Shown here piece after piece: positions 9,731 through 19,937 of a DNA stretch of 64,000 bases; within the stretch, counting starts at the first letter, position 1; each line of letters begins with the position of its first letter. Made by a program: the position numbers and the translations under genes. The notes below the pieces were generated by a model. That model was not told where the DNA came from. It did no database searches and worked only from the letters and a program-made list of their open reading frames with translations. Origin of the DNA: Armatimonadota bacterium (GTDB taxonomy: Bacteria; Armatimonadota; UBA5829); NCBI GenBank assembly GCA_026392045.1, contig JAPLCU010000009.1, positions 247-64,246 on the forward strand, written 5' to 3'.

Positions 9731-10693
9731 CTATTCCATCCCCAACATAAACCCCAAAATGGTATCCCAGGCTCCCGGCAGACCTTCGTGGCCGAAATCC
9801 GGATAGATCAACAAGTCCTTCTTTGAAGTAATCTTGTTATAGGCAGCGAACTGGGTCGATGGCGGGCAGATTGTATCCATCAGCCCAAACGGCATCAGAA
9901 CCTCGGCTTTGATACGGTTCGCCAGATGCTGGTTGTCGATATAGCCCAGGCGAGTGAAAATCTCTTTTTCGCGCTTGTGCAGCGGGTCGAAGTATTTGAA
10001 GAAAGTCTTAAGTTCTGTGTAGGCGTCGACTGCCAGGTCCATCTCCCAGACGCGCTGATAATCGCACAGGAACGGATAGACCGGCGCGGCGCGATTGATG
10101 CGCGGTTCCAAAGCAGCGCACGCTAACGTCAGACCGCCTCCCTGTGAGCCGCCGGCAGCGCCAACGCGATTTTCGTCAACCTCAGGCAGGCTCATTAATA
10201 TCCCAGCGAGTTGAGCGCAGTCCAGATACACCGAGCGATAATATAGCTTTTCGGGCGAATCATCGAGGCCGCGAATAATATGGCCTTGGTAAGTATTGCC
10301 GCGCACGCCGCCGACATCCTCCGAAAGCCCCGCCTGCCCTCTGCAATCCAGCGCGGCTATCGCAAAGCCCTGGCTCACCCACGGCAGCAGATCGTACCAG
10401 TCCTCGCTCCTCCAGGAATAACCATGAAAATGCGCCAAAGCAGGATTTGGCTTATCCGAATGCTTTGGCCGGACGTATTTGGCGTGCACTCTCGCCCCGC
10501 CGACCCCCGTAAAATAAAGATCGAAGCACTCGGCATTCGGCAGCTCCACCCCGCGCGGCATGAGTTCCACATTCGCGTCCACGCTCATCATCTCGACAAT
10601 TGCAGTGTCCCAATATTCATCAAAATCATCCGGCCTGGGGTTTCGACCCTGGTATTTTTTCAGCTCTTCAAGCGGCATGTCAGTTAGAGGCAT
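9731..10693 (-). CDS. Acetyl xylan esterase / cephalosporin-C deacetylase (CE7)
   Basis: HGY, RGQ, GGSQGG nucleophile motif, D.ICPPST and GHE catalytic His. Confidence 0.92.
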   Translation of the reverse strand: MPLTDMPLEELKKYQGRNPRPDDFDEYWDTAIVEMMSVDANVELMPRGVELPNAECFDLYFTGVGGARVHAKYVRPKHSDKPNPALAHFHGYSWRSEDWYDLLPWVSQGFAIAALDCRGQAGLSEDVGGVRGNTYQGHIIRGLDDSPEKLYYRSVYLDCAQLAGILMSLPEVDENRVGAAGGSQGGGLTLACAALEPRINRAAPVYPFLCDYQRVWEMDLAVDAYTELKTFFKYFDPLHKREKEIFTRLGYIDNQHLANRIKAEVLMPFGLMDTICPPSTQFAAYNKITSKKDLLIYPDFGHEGLPGAWDTILGFMLGME

Positions 10694-11033
10694 ATCAAAA
10701 AACTCCTTGCAATCAAGCTGAGGTTATTATACAACACAGCGCCGCAAAATGGGTAGCGTTTCTACCCCAAATTCAAGAGTTCTCGGCCAACCCAGCAGTC
10801 ACACACTCTACCATACATGACACATCTATAACGCACAAATCCCAGTAAATCACAGCGCTCGGCTTGTCAAACCCATCCAAAGAACAAAAACCCTGCTATA
10901 TATGTGGTAGAGTTACGACATGTTTGAAGCAAGTAGGCACACGGGTATCTAACCGCCAGCCTGCTAAATATATGGCAGCGCTAAAAAACGGGCAACCGCC
11001 ACGGGCGGCTTGAAAAACCGGGAGGGATAGGAA

Positions 11034-14000
11034 ATGAAGCGCTTATACTATATTTGCCTGGCGGCATTTGCGCTGGTTGTGTGCGCACAGGGCGCATGGA
11101 GCCAGTTGGCATCATCCACTTGGCCGAAATTCCATAGGGACTACGCCGCCACCGGCATGAGCCTGTTTGGCGGGACCGGCTCAGAACTCAGCTGGACTTT
11201 CACCGCTGGTGGAGCAATACAATCGTCGCCTGTGATCGGCGCCGACAACACCGCCTACTTCACCTGCGCAGATGGCAAACTCTACGCGATCAGGGGCGCG
11301 GGCGTGAGCCTGTGGACCAACAATCTAAAGGCTGTCAGCACAATATCGCCAGCCATAGGCGCTGATGGCGTGATATATGTTGGCGCCACAGACAAATATC
11401 TTTGTGCAGTCAAGCCAGACGGCGTCGTAAAATGGAAAAAGCTTCTGGGATCAATACCCAATGCTTCAATTTCCATAGCGCCGGACGGAACCATCTACGC
11501 CGCCTGCCAAAACGGCGCTTTATACGCGTTCGATATTAATGGCACCCAGAAATGGCTGTTCTCTGCAGGAGCCGCAATCAGCTCATCACCCGCGATCGGC
11601 TCAGACGGCGCACTGTATTTTGGCTGCCAGGACTCCAAAATCTATGCCGTCACATCCGCAGGAGCGAAGAAGTGGCCGCCGTTCATCCCATCAGGCGCAG
11701 CAGCATTTTATGCCTCGCCCGCTATAGGGTCCGATGGAACGATCTACATCGGCTCATCAAACGGTTATTTCTACGCCATCAACCCAACCGGTTCAATGAA
11801 ATGGCGAATAAACTCCGGCGGCGATGTTCGCTCCTCGGCTGCAATCTATTCCAATGGATCGATCTACTACGGATGTCGAGATGGGAAAATTCACGCTCTC
11901 TCGAGTCTCAGCCCACAGCTCTGGACATTTGCGACCGGGCAATATGTGGATTCCTCCCCTGCCCTGGGCTCTGACGGAGGCATCTTTGCAGCTTCGTTGA
12001 ACGGCAAACTCTATGCGCTGAACCCGGACGGCACCGAGCGATGGAACTTCGATGCGGGTTCGCCAATCTATTCCTCACCGGCGATGGGTCCCGGAGGGGC
12101 GCTGCTGATCGGCGCTGACAACGGCATTCTATATTGCTTCACCGCAGATTCCACCCCGCCGGGCGCGCCGACCGTCACCGATGACGGCGTCTACACTGGC
12201 CAAAGTGACCGTCTCCACGGCTCGTGGGCTGCGGCTGACCAAGAAAGCGGCATTTATTCTTATGAATACTGCATAGGCGCTGCGCCAGGATTGGCGGACA
12301 TTGCCCCCTGGCTCAACACAGCAGGCGCTGCCCAGCACACCCGCACCGGCCTGAGCCTTACGGATAAGCAGGTTTACTATATCACCGTTCGCGCTATCAA
12401 TGGCGCAGGTCTGACGGGTCCCGAAGCCAGCTCAGATGGAATCACATTGGATGGGACGCCTCCCACTCGCCCGAGCGTCACGGACGACGGCGCGTTTTCT
12501 TCAGACAACACAAAGCTCCATGCAACCTGGGCCTCATCGGATCCTGAATCCGGAATCGGCAGATATGAGTATTCATTAGGCACGACCGCAGGCGGGACAA
12601 ATATTCTCACGTGGACTGACGCAGGAACAAACTCATCCTTCACAAAGACCGGCCTCAGCCTGCAGCAGGGTGCCACCTATTACATCAACGTCCGCGCCTA
12701 CAACAACACCGGCAATGTGAGCCAGATTGGGTCATCCGATGGAATCGTGATCGATACAGCATCACCTCCGGCCCCAGTGGTAACTGATGACGGCAATTAC
12801 ACGGCATCTACGAACACATTGCACGCTATCTGGACAACCGTAACGTGCGCTTCAGGCGTGGCAAGCTATGAGTATTCAATCGGCACATCCGCAGGCGCCC
12901 TCAACATAAGAAACTGGACCGACGTTGGCCTGCAGACAAGCGTAACCGCCACTGACTTGAGCCTGACAAACGGCATAACATACTACATAAATGTTCGCGC
13001 CCGCAACTCGGTAGGCAAAGCGGGATATATAGGATCGGCTGACGGTATTGCCGTAGATTCCACTCCGCCGAGCAAGCCGGTTGTGACTGACGACGGCATT
13101 TACACAAGCTCCACAAGATTGCTGGCAGCGAACTGGTCGTCCAGCGACCCCGAATCCGGCGTTGTCGAATATTTCTATGCAGTAGGCACAACACCCGAAG
13201 GCGCCGATATTCGTGGGTGGACGTCTGCAGGCGCTCAGACAACTTATATAATCACTTCGCTCAACATGCTTGATGGAACCAAATATTACATCAGCGCAAA
13301 GGCCAGAAACGCTGCAGGAGCGGAAAGCGCAGTAGGAACATCCGACGGCATCACCGTAGACTCCACTCCGCCCAGCGCTCCTGTGGTCACGGACGATGGC
13401 AACTATCTGATGGATGCGACCAAGCTTCATGCCACTTGGAGCGCTGCAGATCCTCAATCCGGCATTATCAGATATGAATATTCCGTTGGCACAGCGGCAG
13501 GCATTACGGATGTCCTTGCCTGGACCGATGCCGGAACCGCCACCGATTTCACCATTGCGAACCTGAACCTGGTTTCCGGTCTGCGATACTACGTCAACGT
13601 TCGGGCAACAAACGGCGCGCACACAATAGGCGCGGTTGGATCGTCCGACGGCATATTTGCGGAATCCACCCCGCCAACCACACCGGAAGTCATAGATGAC
13701 GGCGATTTCACCCTTGATACCGCCAGGCTTCACGCCACATGGTCATCTGAAGACCCTGAAACCGGCGTTACGCTTTTCGAGTATTCGATAGGCACATCTC
13801 CTGGTGACGCCAATGTTGTCGGGTGGACTGCTGTCGGCTTATCAACAAGCTTGGACAAGACCGGAATGAACCTCGCTCAGGGTGTCACATATTACATAAA
13901 TGTGAGAGCCACCAACGGCGTGGGCATGGTCAGTGAAATTGGCGCATCAGATGGAATCACAGTGGATACCACCCCGCCGGAGATCGTGAAAGTCACAGAT

Positions 14001-17000
14001 ACCGGCGAGTATACTGCCGACAACACCCAGCTTCACGCAACATTTGAATGCAGCGATCCCGAATCCGGCATCTCAGGCTACGAATGCGCCGTCGGAACAA
14101 TCCCTGGCGGAAGCGATATCTCAAATTGGCAGAATGTGGGACCCGATCCCGAAACCGTAATTATCGATCTTCAACTCCAGGACGGAGTAATATACTACAT
14201 CAGCGCTCGCGCTATAAATGGCGCAGGAGTGCCCGGCCCGATGGGATCGTCGGACGGAATCAAGGTCGATGCCACTCCACCCGTGGATGTAGTAGCTTAT
14301 GATGACGGCGTCTACTGCGGCCTCCCAGACAAACTCCACGGCAGATGGAGCGCAACCGATCCCGAATCCGGCATTGCCAGCTACAAGTATTGCATAGGCA
14401 CAGAACCAGGGTTAAATGACGTCGCAGACTGGCTCGATGTCGGCTCTTCCACCGAGGACACACGCGAAGGGCTGACGCTCACCAACGGCTCGGTCTATTA
14501 CATCACCGTTATCGCTGTCAACGTCGCAGGAAGCGAGAGCCAACCGGTCAGCTCGGATGGAATCAAGTGCGATCTGACACCGGCGACCGTCCCCGTGGTC
14601 ACCGACAACGGCAAATATTGGGGTTATAAGACCAATATGCCCGCGAGTTGGAGCTCTGAAGACCCGGAATCAGGCATAGTCGGCTATCGAACCTCAATAG
14701 GCACAGCGCCCAGCCTTGCGGACGTCGCAGACTGGCTGGAGCTTGGCATGATCACGTCATACACCCGCACCGGCTTAATGCTTAAAGACGGAATTACATA
14801 TTACATAAACGTGCAAGCAGAAAACGGCGCCGGCGTGTGGAGCGAGACCGGCAGTTCGGACGGAATAATGCTGGATTCGACCCCTCCGACCACTCCAATC
14901 GTCACAGATGATGGCGATGGCACGCTGATGCTGGACAGGCTCCATGCCAAATGGCGCTCCGAAGACCCGGAATCAGGCATAGTCGAATATATGTATTGCA
15001 TTGGCACAAGCCCCGGCGCAATCGATGTGAAGCCATGGACCAGCGCGGGGACGAGTGAAGACATCACAGTCACCGGCCTGAAATTGGAACCAATGCTGAC
15101 CTATTACTTCTCCGTCAAATCGAAAAACGACGCGGGAGCCTGGAGTGCGGTAAGCGCCAGCGACGGCATCCAGTTTAGCACAGGAGCAGCCATTTGGTGG
15201 AAATTCCACAATAATACCACCAATGTCGGGCGACAAATATTCAAAGGCACCCGCGTGAACGACCTTGCGTGGTCCGTCGAAACTCAAGGCTTCGTGGAGT
15301 CATCCGCAGCCATAGCCTCCGACGGCACCGCCTACATTGGCTCGGGCGACGGCAAGGTCTATGCAGTCACGCAGAACGGCACCCTGAGATGGACTTTCAA
15401 CACAGGCGGCCCTATCGACAGCTCCCCTGCGGTGGCTGTGGATGGCCGAATTGTGATAGGCTCCAACAACGGCAAAGTCTATTGCCTGAACCCAGCAGGC
15501 GAAGTGGTCTGGACCTATACCGCAGGCGGGGCCGTGCGCTCATCAGCGCTAATCAGCAACGGCCGCGTCTACATAGCCTGCAATGACAAGTCGCTCTATG
15601 CCCTCAACCTCGAGACAGGCGCGAAACTCTGGTCATACAAAACCGGAGATGCTATCTGGTCATCGCCCGCATGCGACACTAACGGCGTAATCTACTTCTG
15701 CAGCGGTGATTCTTATATATACGCAATCAATCCGGACGGCACGCGCAAATGGCGCTATCTGACGGGTTCCGCAGCGGATTCATCACCAGCTATTGGTGAA
15801 GACGGCACCATTTACGCAGGCAGCGGCGACGGCTACTTCTACGCCATCAACCCAATTGGTACCCTGAAATGGCGCTACTTTGCAGGAATCATAGCGGACT
15901 CATCGGCCGCCATCGGATTGGACGGCAACATTTACTTCGGCGCAGGTATTGATGGCGGCGATGGCGCGTTTTACGCTCTATCTCCAAGCGGCAGCAAAAT
16001 CTGGAGCATAAATTTTCCAGGTGGAGGTATCATATCCTCACCGGCAATCGATTCCACCGGCATGATATACGTTGGGTCGGCGGACGAGCATATCCGAGCG
16101 ATCAATCCCGACGGCACAATCTGCTGGACATTCAAAACAGGCTCCTCGGTTGCAAGTTCACCGGCGTTGGGCGCGGACAGCAGCGTGGTTTTCGGTTCTT
16201 ATGACGGCAAAATCTACTGCTTGCGCGATATGAAAGCAAGAGACCTTACGCCGCCCACCACTCCCGTAGTTATCGTTCCAGCGACGCTTGCATCAGGCCA
16301 GCCGCTGACAGCTTTATGGAGCGCCACGGACCCCGACTCAATGGTCGCCGAATACGTATATGCAATCGGCTCCGCGCCGGGTCAGACAGACGTTTCATAT
16401 TGGACCATCGCAGGCATCGAGACCGGTGTCACTCGTCTTGATCTGGCTCTAATTGTGGGTCAAACATACTATGTATCGGTCAAGGCCCGCAATTCATCTC
16501 AAAGATGGAGCGAGATCGGCGTTTCGCAGGGTGTCGTAATCGGGGGCACAGCCATAACCGTCAACATTGCACAGGCAAAGAAGCTCGCGGACAATACTAT
16601 AGTATCGATGAACGGCAAAGTCGTGGGCGCGGTATTCAATGACTGCTTCTTCGTGCAGGAACCCAACAGAATCGCCGGTATAAGATGTGTATTTGCCGGA
16701 GCGAATCTGATTTCGGGCGACACAGTAAACCTGATCGGCGATGTCAGCACGCTTAATGACGCGAAAACTCTATCGAGCGTGACGTTCACCCAGACAGCAA
16801 CAGGCCCCGCCCCCGCGCCTCTGGGCCTGTGCGGAAAGCTGCGCAAAGACCAAATGCCCGACCCATTCGGGCTGAACGTGAAAATCTGGGGCCGGGTGAC
16901 ATCAGTGGGCCCTGGCTATTGCATAATCAACGGCCACACCGGCGCCCAACCCGCTGGAGCGCCCACGGGTATAGAGCTCCGATCCGCCGAAATAACAGCA

Positions 17001-17117
17001 GCAAGCGGAGACTTCGTAACCGCGAGCGGCATACTGTGCGCTGAGAAAGTCGGCGAACAGATAACAACAGTGCTGCGGGTGAAGACGCCGGGGGCAGTGG
17101 TAGTGGCGCCAAAATAG
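11034..17117 (+). CDS. 2027-aa secreted protein: two PQQ-like beta-propellers, 11 FN3/Ig-like repeats, C-terminal OB-fold-like tandem domain
   Basis: Signal peptide. SSPAIGxDGTIY...W repeats in two blocks. D(S/T)TPP-x-P-x-VTDDG...DPESGI...YY-x-NVRA repeats: 10 in tandem plus 1 after the second propeller. Confidence 0.85.
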   Translation: MKRLYYICLAAFALVVCAQGAWSQLASSTWPKFHRDYAATGMSLFGGTGSELSWTFTAGGAIQSSPVIGADNTAYFTCADGKLYAIRGAGVSLWTNNLKAVSTISPAIGADGVIYVGATDKYLCAVKPDGVVKWKKLLGSIPNASISIAPDGTIYAACQNGALYAFDINGTQKWLFSAGAAISSSPAIGSDGALYFGCQDSKIYAVTSAGAKKWPPFIPSGAAAFYASPAIGSDGTIYIGSSNGYFYAINPTGSMKWRINSGGDVRSSAAIYSNGSIYYGCRDGKIHALSSLSPQLWTFATGQYVDSSPALGSDGGIFAASLNGKLYALNPDGTERWNFDAGSPIYSSPAMGPGGALLIGADNGILYCFTADSTPPGAPTVTDDGVYTGQSDRLHGSWAAADQESGIYSYEYCIGAAPGLADIAPWLNTAGAAQHTRTGLSLTDKQVYYITVRAINGAGLTGPEASSDGITLDGTPPTRPSVTDDGAFSSDNTKLHATWASSDPESGIGRYEYSLGTTAGGTNILTWTDAGTNSSFTKTGLSLQQGATYYINVRAYNNTGNVSQIGSSDGIVIDTASPPAPVVTDDGNYTASTNTLHAIWTTVTCASGVASYEYSIGTSAGALNIRNWTDVGLQTSVTATDLSLTNGITYYINVRARNSVGKAGYIGSADGIAVDSTPPSKPVVTDDGIYTSSTRLLAANWSSSDPESGVVEYFYAVGTTPEGADIRGWTSAGAQTTYIITSLNMLDGTKYYISAKARNAAGAESAVGTSDGITVDSTPPSAPVVTDDGNYLMDATKLHATWSAADPQSGIIRYEYSVGTAAGITDVLAWTDAGTATDFTIANLNLVSGLRYYVNVRATNGAHTIGAVGSSDGIFAESTPPTTPEVIDDGDFTLDTARLHATWSSEDPETGVTLFEYSIGTSPGDANVVGWTAVGLSTSLDKTGMNLAQGVTYYINVRATNGVGMVSEIGASDGITVDTTPPEIVKVTDTGEYTADNTQLHATFECSDPESGISGYECAVGTIPGGSDISNWQNVGPDPETVIIDLQLQDGVIYYISARAINGAGVPGPMGSSDGIKVDATPPVDVVAYDDGVYCGLPDKLHGRWSATDPESGIASYKYCIGTEPGLNDVADWLDVGSSTEDTREGLTLTNGSVYYITVIAVNVAGSESQPVSSDGIKCDLTPATVPVVTDNGKYWGYKTNMPASWSSEDPESGIVGYRTSIGTAPSLADVADWLELGMITSYTRTGLMLKDGITYYINVQAENGAGVWSETGSSDGIMLDSTPPTTPIVTDDGDGTLMLDRLHAKWRSEDPESGIVEYMYCIGTSPGAIDVKPWTSAGTSEDITVTGLKLEPMLTYYFSVKSKNDAGAWSAVSASDGIQFSTGAAIWWKFHNNTTNVGRQIFKGTRVNDLAWSVETQGFVESSAAIASDGTAYIGSGDGKVYAVTQNGTLRWTFNTGGPIDSSPAVAVDGRIVIGSNNGKVYCLNPAGEVVWTYTAGGAVRSSALISNGRVYIACNDKSLYALNLETGAKLWSYKTGDAIWSSPACDTNGVIYFCSGDSYIYAINPDGTRKWRYLTGSAADSSPAIGEDGTIYAGSGDGYFYAINPIGTLKWRYFAGIIADSSAAIGLDGNIYFGAGIDGGDGAFYALSPSGSKIWSINFPGGGIISSPAIDSTGMIYVGSADEHIRAINPDGTICWTFKTGSSVASSPALGADSSVVFGSYDGKIYCLRDMKARDLTPPTTPVVIVPATLASGQPLTALWSATDPDSMVAEYVYAIGSAPGQTDVSYWTIAGIETGVTRLDLALIVGQTYYVSVKARNSSQRWSEIGVSQGVVIGGTAITVNIAQAKKLADNTIVSMNGKVVGAVFNDCFFVQEPNRIAGIRCVFAGANLISGDTVNLIGDVSTLNDAKTLSSVTFTQTATGPAPAPLGLCGKLRKDQMPDPFGLNVKIWGRVTSVGPGYCIINGHTGAQPAGAPTGIELRSAEITAASGDFVTASGILCAEKVGEQITTVLRVKTPGAVVVAPK

Positions 17118-17150
17118 ACCCAGTCTTTTACTTGGGGGAGAAGAAAAGTT

Positions 17151-17178
17151 CGGGGCGCATGATCTGCCATGCGCCCCG
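17151..17178. terminator. Terminator hairpin between convergent genes
   Basis: CGGGGCGCAT-gatctgcc-ATGCGCCCCG, followed by a T-rich run on the minus strand. Confidence 0.6.
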
Positions 17179-17242
17179 CGAGTTATAATGCAGATGCCAC
17201 ACAAAAAGTTCAAGCAGTTGAGACCCATAAGTCCTTGATTTA

Positions 17243-18892
17243 TTAAGACACCGGTTGTTCCGCGAACCAGTGGAGCACATTGCGTACCGGTCTCAATTCA
17301 TAATGGGCAATAATACTTCGAACTTTGGTACATACGCGAAGAACATGTCCAATGTTTGGATCATACTCTATTGCGCGCACCATCAATGGTCCTTGCTCAA
17401 TATCGGTGGCATCTAAAATCAAATCCAACACTCTTTTTCCATCCATTTCAGCCGTTGCCCGCCATACATATTTAGGCATACACTCGAGAAGTACCGCTTT
17501 TTTGTAATCACCTGACAAAACTGGCGATTCCAAAATTTCTCTTTTTAGTTTGTTAACTTCTGTGAGGTAGATATCCCATTCGATGACATCGAATAATTTC
17601 AGGGACTGCGCGACTATGGGAAGCTTCATGAACTCATCAAACCCAATCACTACATTCATTGCAGTACGATAAGGAATTCTAATCTTATGATATAGGGGAA
17701 TAAGTAGGTACTCTGGTTTTGCGTAAGTATCGCCGATTTTTCCGCATTGATTACGCCAAGAAGTCTTCAATCGCGGATAATCTGTCTGAAGTGGGTATCC
17801 GGTTGACTGATCAATCATAACGCTACCCGTGTCAGGATCAATCAGATTTACCATAATGGTGTCTATCTCCATCCTTGCAAAAGGACCGACACCATCATCA
17901 TGCGCGTAGAGTTTGTCGATCCGACTGGCCCTAAGAAGAAAATCAGATTGGCCATACGAATCAGGCGATGTCTTCCCCAAACTGTAGCCTGTTACCGCAA
18001 CCGCGTGAAGCCCACGCTTCGTCTGAGCAGAGTGATCATAAAGCATGACTATGAGGGGCACTGGAATTCCCCCCTTGAGATATCCATAGATTGTACTCTG
18101 TAGGCAATACTCGTTGCTTATCGTATCGTTAATCTTCACATGCAGCGGCTGAAGGCCGACACTGCTTATGGCATGTGCCATTTGCTCTTTTCTTAACCCA
18201 AAGTTAGGCAGTTCACGCTCATCCAATGGAAACCTGGCATGTGCTGCCTTGGTGATTTCTACTGGCGAAGGTATAGCATGCTGAAATTGTCTGCCGGTGC
18301 CTTGAAACGTCGACCACAGTGCACTTGTCGCACAAGCTGCCGCAACACTATCTTGTTCTTGAAATGCCAAAGTATCTGCAATTTCTAGCTTAACACCAAA
18401 AATATTGGCTTTATATGGACGAGTAATTGGGAAGTGCCTGCGGTCGTTATCTGGCAAATAGGTCTTAAGACAAGTTCGGCCTATTATCGTTTCCGGTAAG
18501 GGCTTAACAACTATGAAACCTAAATAGGCATTACGTAGCTTTTCGACAAAGCGTTTACCCCGACAACCTCGCAACAATTTCGTGAAATTGTCTCTTGTGA
18601 AGAACTCATCAAAGAAGTGCAGTCGCGTGCAAATAGAATTGTAGTCAAAGAAGCAACGCACATAATAGCTAGAGTAGTCTTCGAGAAAGTCACGATCAAT
18701 ATAATTATGCTCGACAAGGATTGTCTTCGCATTAACCCCAGAAGATCCAAAATATTCATAAAAGTAGTCGGAATGTGGTTTATCATGAACAACATCAACC
18801 GAAGCCATAGAGCAATCAGAAAGAATCTGTATTAGTTTGCTGGAGCTATAGGCATAAACTTCAAAGGCTTGCTTTCTGGTTGAATCAGTCAT
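17243..18892 (-). CDS. Uncharacterised protein with papain-like (C39-type) Cys-His-Asp core
   Basis: FQEQDSVAAACATSALW (Gln plus Cys), GIPV, HAVAVTGY (His), YAHDD (Asp). AT-rich relative to flanks. No signal peptide. Confidence 0.65.
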   Translation of the reverse strand: MTDSTRKQAFEVYAYSSSKLIQILSDCSMASVDVVHDKPHSDYFYEYFGSSGVNAKTILVEHNYIDRDFLEDYSSYYVRCFFDYNSICTRLHFFDEFFTRDNFTKLLRGCRGKRFVEKLRNAYLGFIVVKPLPETIIGRTCLKTYLPDNDRRHFPITRPYKANIFGVKLEIADTLAFQEQDSVAAACATSALWSTFQGTGRQFQHAIPSPVEITKAAHARFPLDERELPNFGLRKEQMAHAISSVGLQPLHVKINDTISNEYCLQSTIYGYLKGGIPVPLIVMLYDHSAQTKRGLHAVAVTGYSLGKTSPDSYGQSDFLLRASRIDKLYAHDDGVGPFARMEIDTIMVNLIDPDTGSVMIDQSTGYPLQTDYPRLKTSWRNQCGKIGDTYAKPEYLLIPLYHKIRIPYRTAMNVVIGFDEFMKLPIVAQSLKLFDVIEWDIYLTEVNKLKREILESPVLSGDYKKAVLLECMPKYVWRATAEMDGKRVLDLILDATDIEQGPLMVRAIEYDPNIGHVLRVCTKVRSIIAHYELRPVRNVLHWFAEQPVS

Positions 18893-18894
18893 GA

Positions 18895-19092
18895 TTATGT
18901 CCAGAGGGCAATCTGATATACAGGTTGTGCATCAATGCTCTGAGCTTCGCGCATACGGTCTTCAGCAGTCTTTGCGCGTTTAGCTATTTCGGAGACTGCC
19001 GTTTGCCCATCAGAACTTTCCATCCAAGTTCGTACCTTCTCAGCACGCTGCTTAACTGCTGGATCAACTCCACGTAACAAAACCTTCTCCAT
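18895..19092 (-). CDS. Small hypothetical protein (65 aa), first gene of the two-gene cassette
   Basis: G-rich RBS upstream. Stop lies 2 nt before the ATG of the next gene. Preceded by a near-consensus promoter. Confidence 0.6.
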   Translation of the reverse strand: MEKVLLRGVDPAVKQRAEKVRTWMESSDGQTAVSEIAKRAKTAEDRMREAQSIDAQPVYQIALWT

Positions 19093-19118
19093 TATCCCAT
19101 CCCCCCATCACTAGCTCT

Positions 19119-19147
19119 AGTATAACACCCACATATTACCGTGTCAA
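19119..19147 (-). promoter_or_regulatory. Near-consensus sigma70 promoter for the 65aa/549aa operon
   Basis: Minus strand TTGACA-17 nt-TATACT. Confidence 0.75.
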
Positions 19148-19232
19148 ACTTACCCTCAAGCTTATTATGGTAAAACGGTTATTCCTCATTTAGTGGCAAA
19201 GAACCAATCTCTATTGATTTTGTCCTATAAAA

Positions 19233-19832
19233 CTAAACCTTAGAAACCCACCGCCTATATCTCTCCAGATAAAACCGCCAAGGCTCATCAATGGCTTCTT
19301 TTATGCCTATGCGCGGTCGGATGATTATCTCACCTATATCCAACCCATCATCAATGACATACAGCCGCCCGTCAGCCAGGCATTCGCCATTAAGCTCCTT
19401 AGCGATGCCCATGGCCTGGGTGAGCTTGCCGGGACCGCTGCAAAGGTCTTCAAGGCGTTCTTTATTGCGGTTTTGCATCATGACATCGATGCCATCGATA
19501 GGCTCTAGCGCTCTGATCAAAATCGCCTCGCCAATACCCTTTGGCTGCGTAACAAAATTGAGGCAGTAATGAAAACCATAGGTGAAATAAACATAGGCGC
19601 GCCCTGGCTCGCCAAACATTATCTCATTTCGTTTGGTCATTCCTCGGCTGGCATGGCACGCGGGGTCATCGTGAAGATAAGCCTCCGTCTCAATGATCCT
19701 GCCAGAAGTGACAACCCCATCATTCACATGCACAACTATCTTACCCAGCGCCGCCCGCGCAACCTCCACGGTATTTTGAACATAAAAATCGCTATCCAGC
19801 TTATTCACTGCTTGCCTCTGATCATTCAACAC
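19233..19832 (-). CDS. mpg: DNA-3-methyladenine glycosylase (MPG/AAG family)
   Basis: GRIIETEAY, DPACH, AYVYFTYG.H.CLN, AILIRALEP, GPGKL, RIGI. Confidence 0.93.
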   Translation of the reverse strand: MLNDQRQAVNKLDSDFYVQNTVEVARAALGKIVVHVNDGVVTSGRIIETEAYLHDDPACHASRGMTKRNEIMFGEPGRAYVYFTYGFHYCLNFVTQPKGIGEAILIRALEPIDGIDVMMQNRNKERLEDLCSGPGKLTQAMGIAKELNGECLADGRLYVIDDGLDIGEIIIRPRIGIKEAIDEPWRFYLERYRRWVSKV

Positions 19833-19937
19833 TCGTATTACTAATTGTACATCCGCGGTATATGGCGCGCAAGTTTACAGGTGAACTCTAGGGGGTAAGC
19901 ATCATTTGATGATTAATATTATATCGAGGACAATATT

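Noticed and set aside
12876-13733. Long antisense ORFs (285 aa here; also 34710-35501, 29540-30184, 38558-39223)
   Set aside because: They are shadows of well-supported genes on the opposite strand and have no recognisable motifs.
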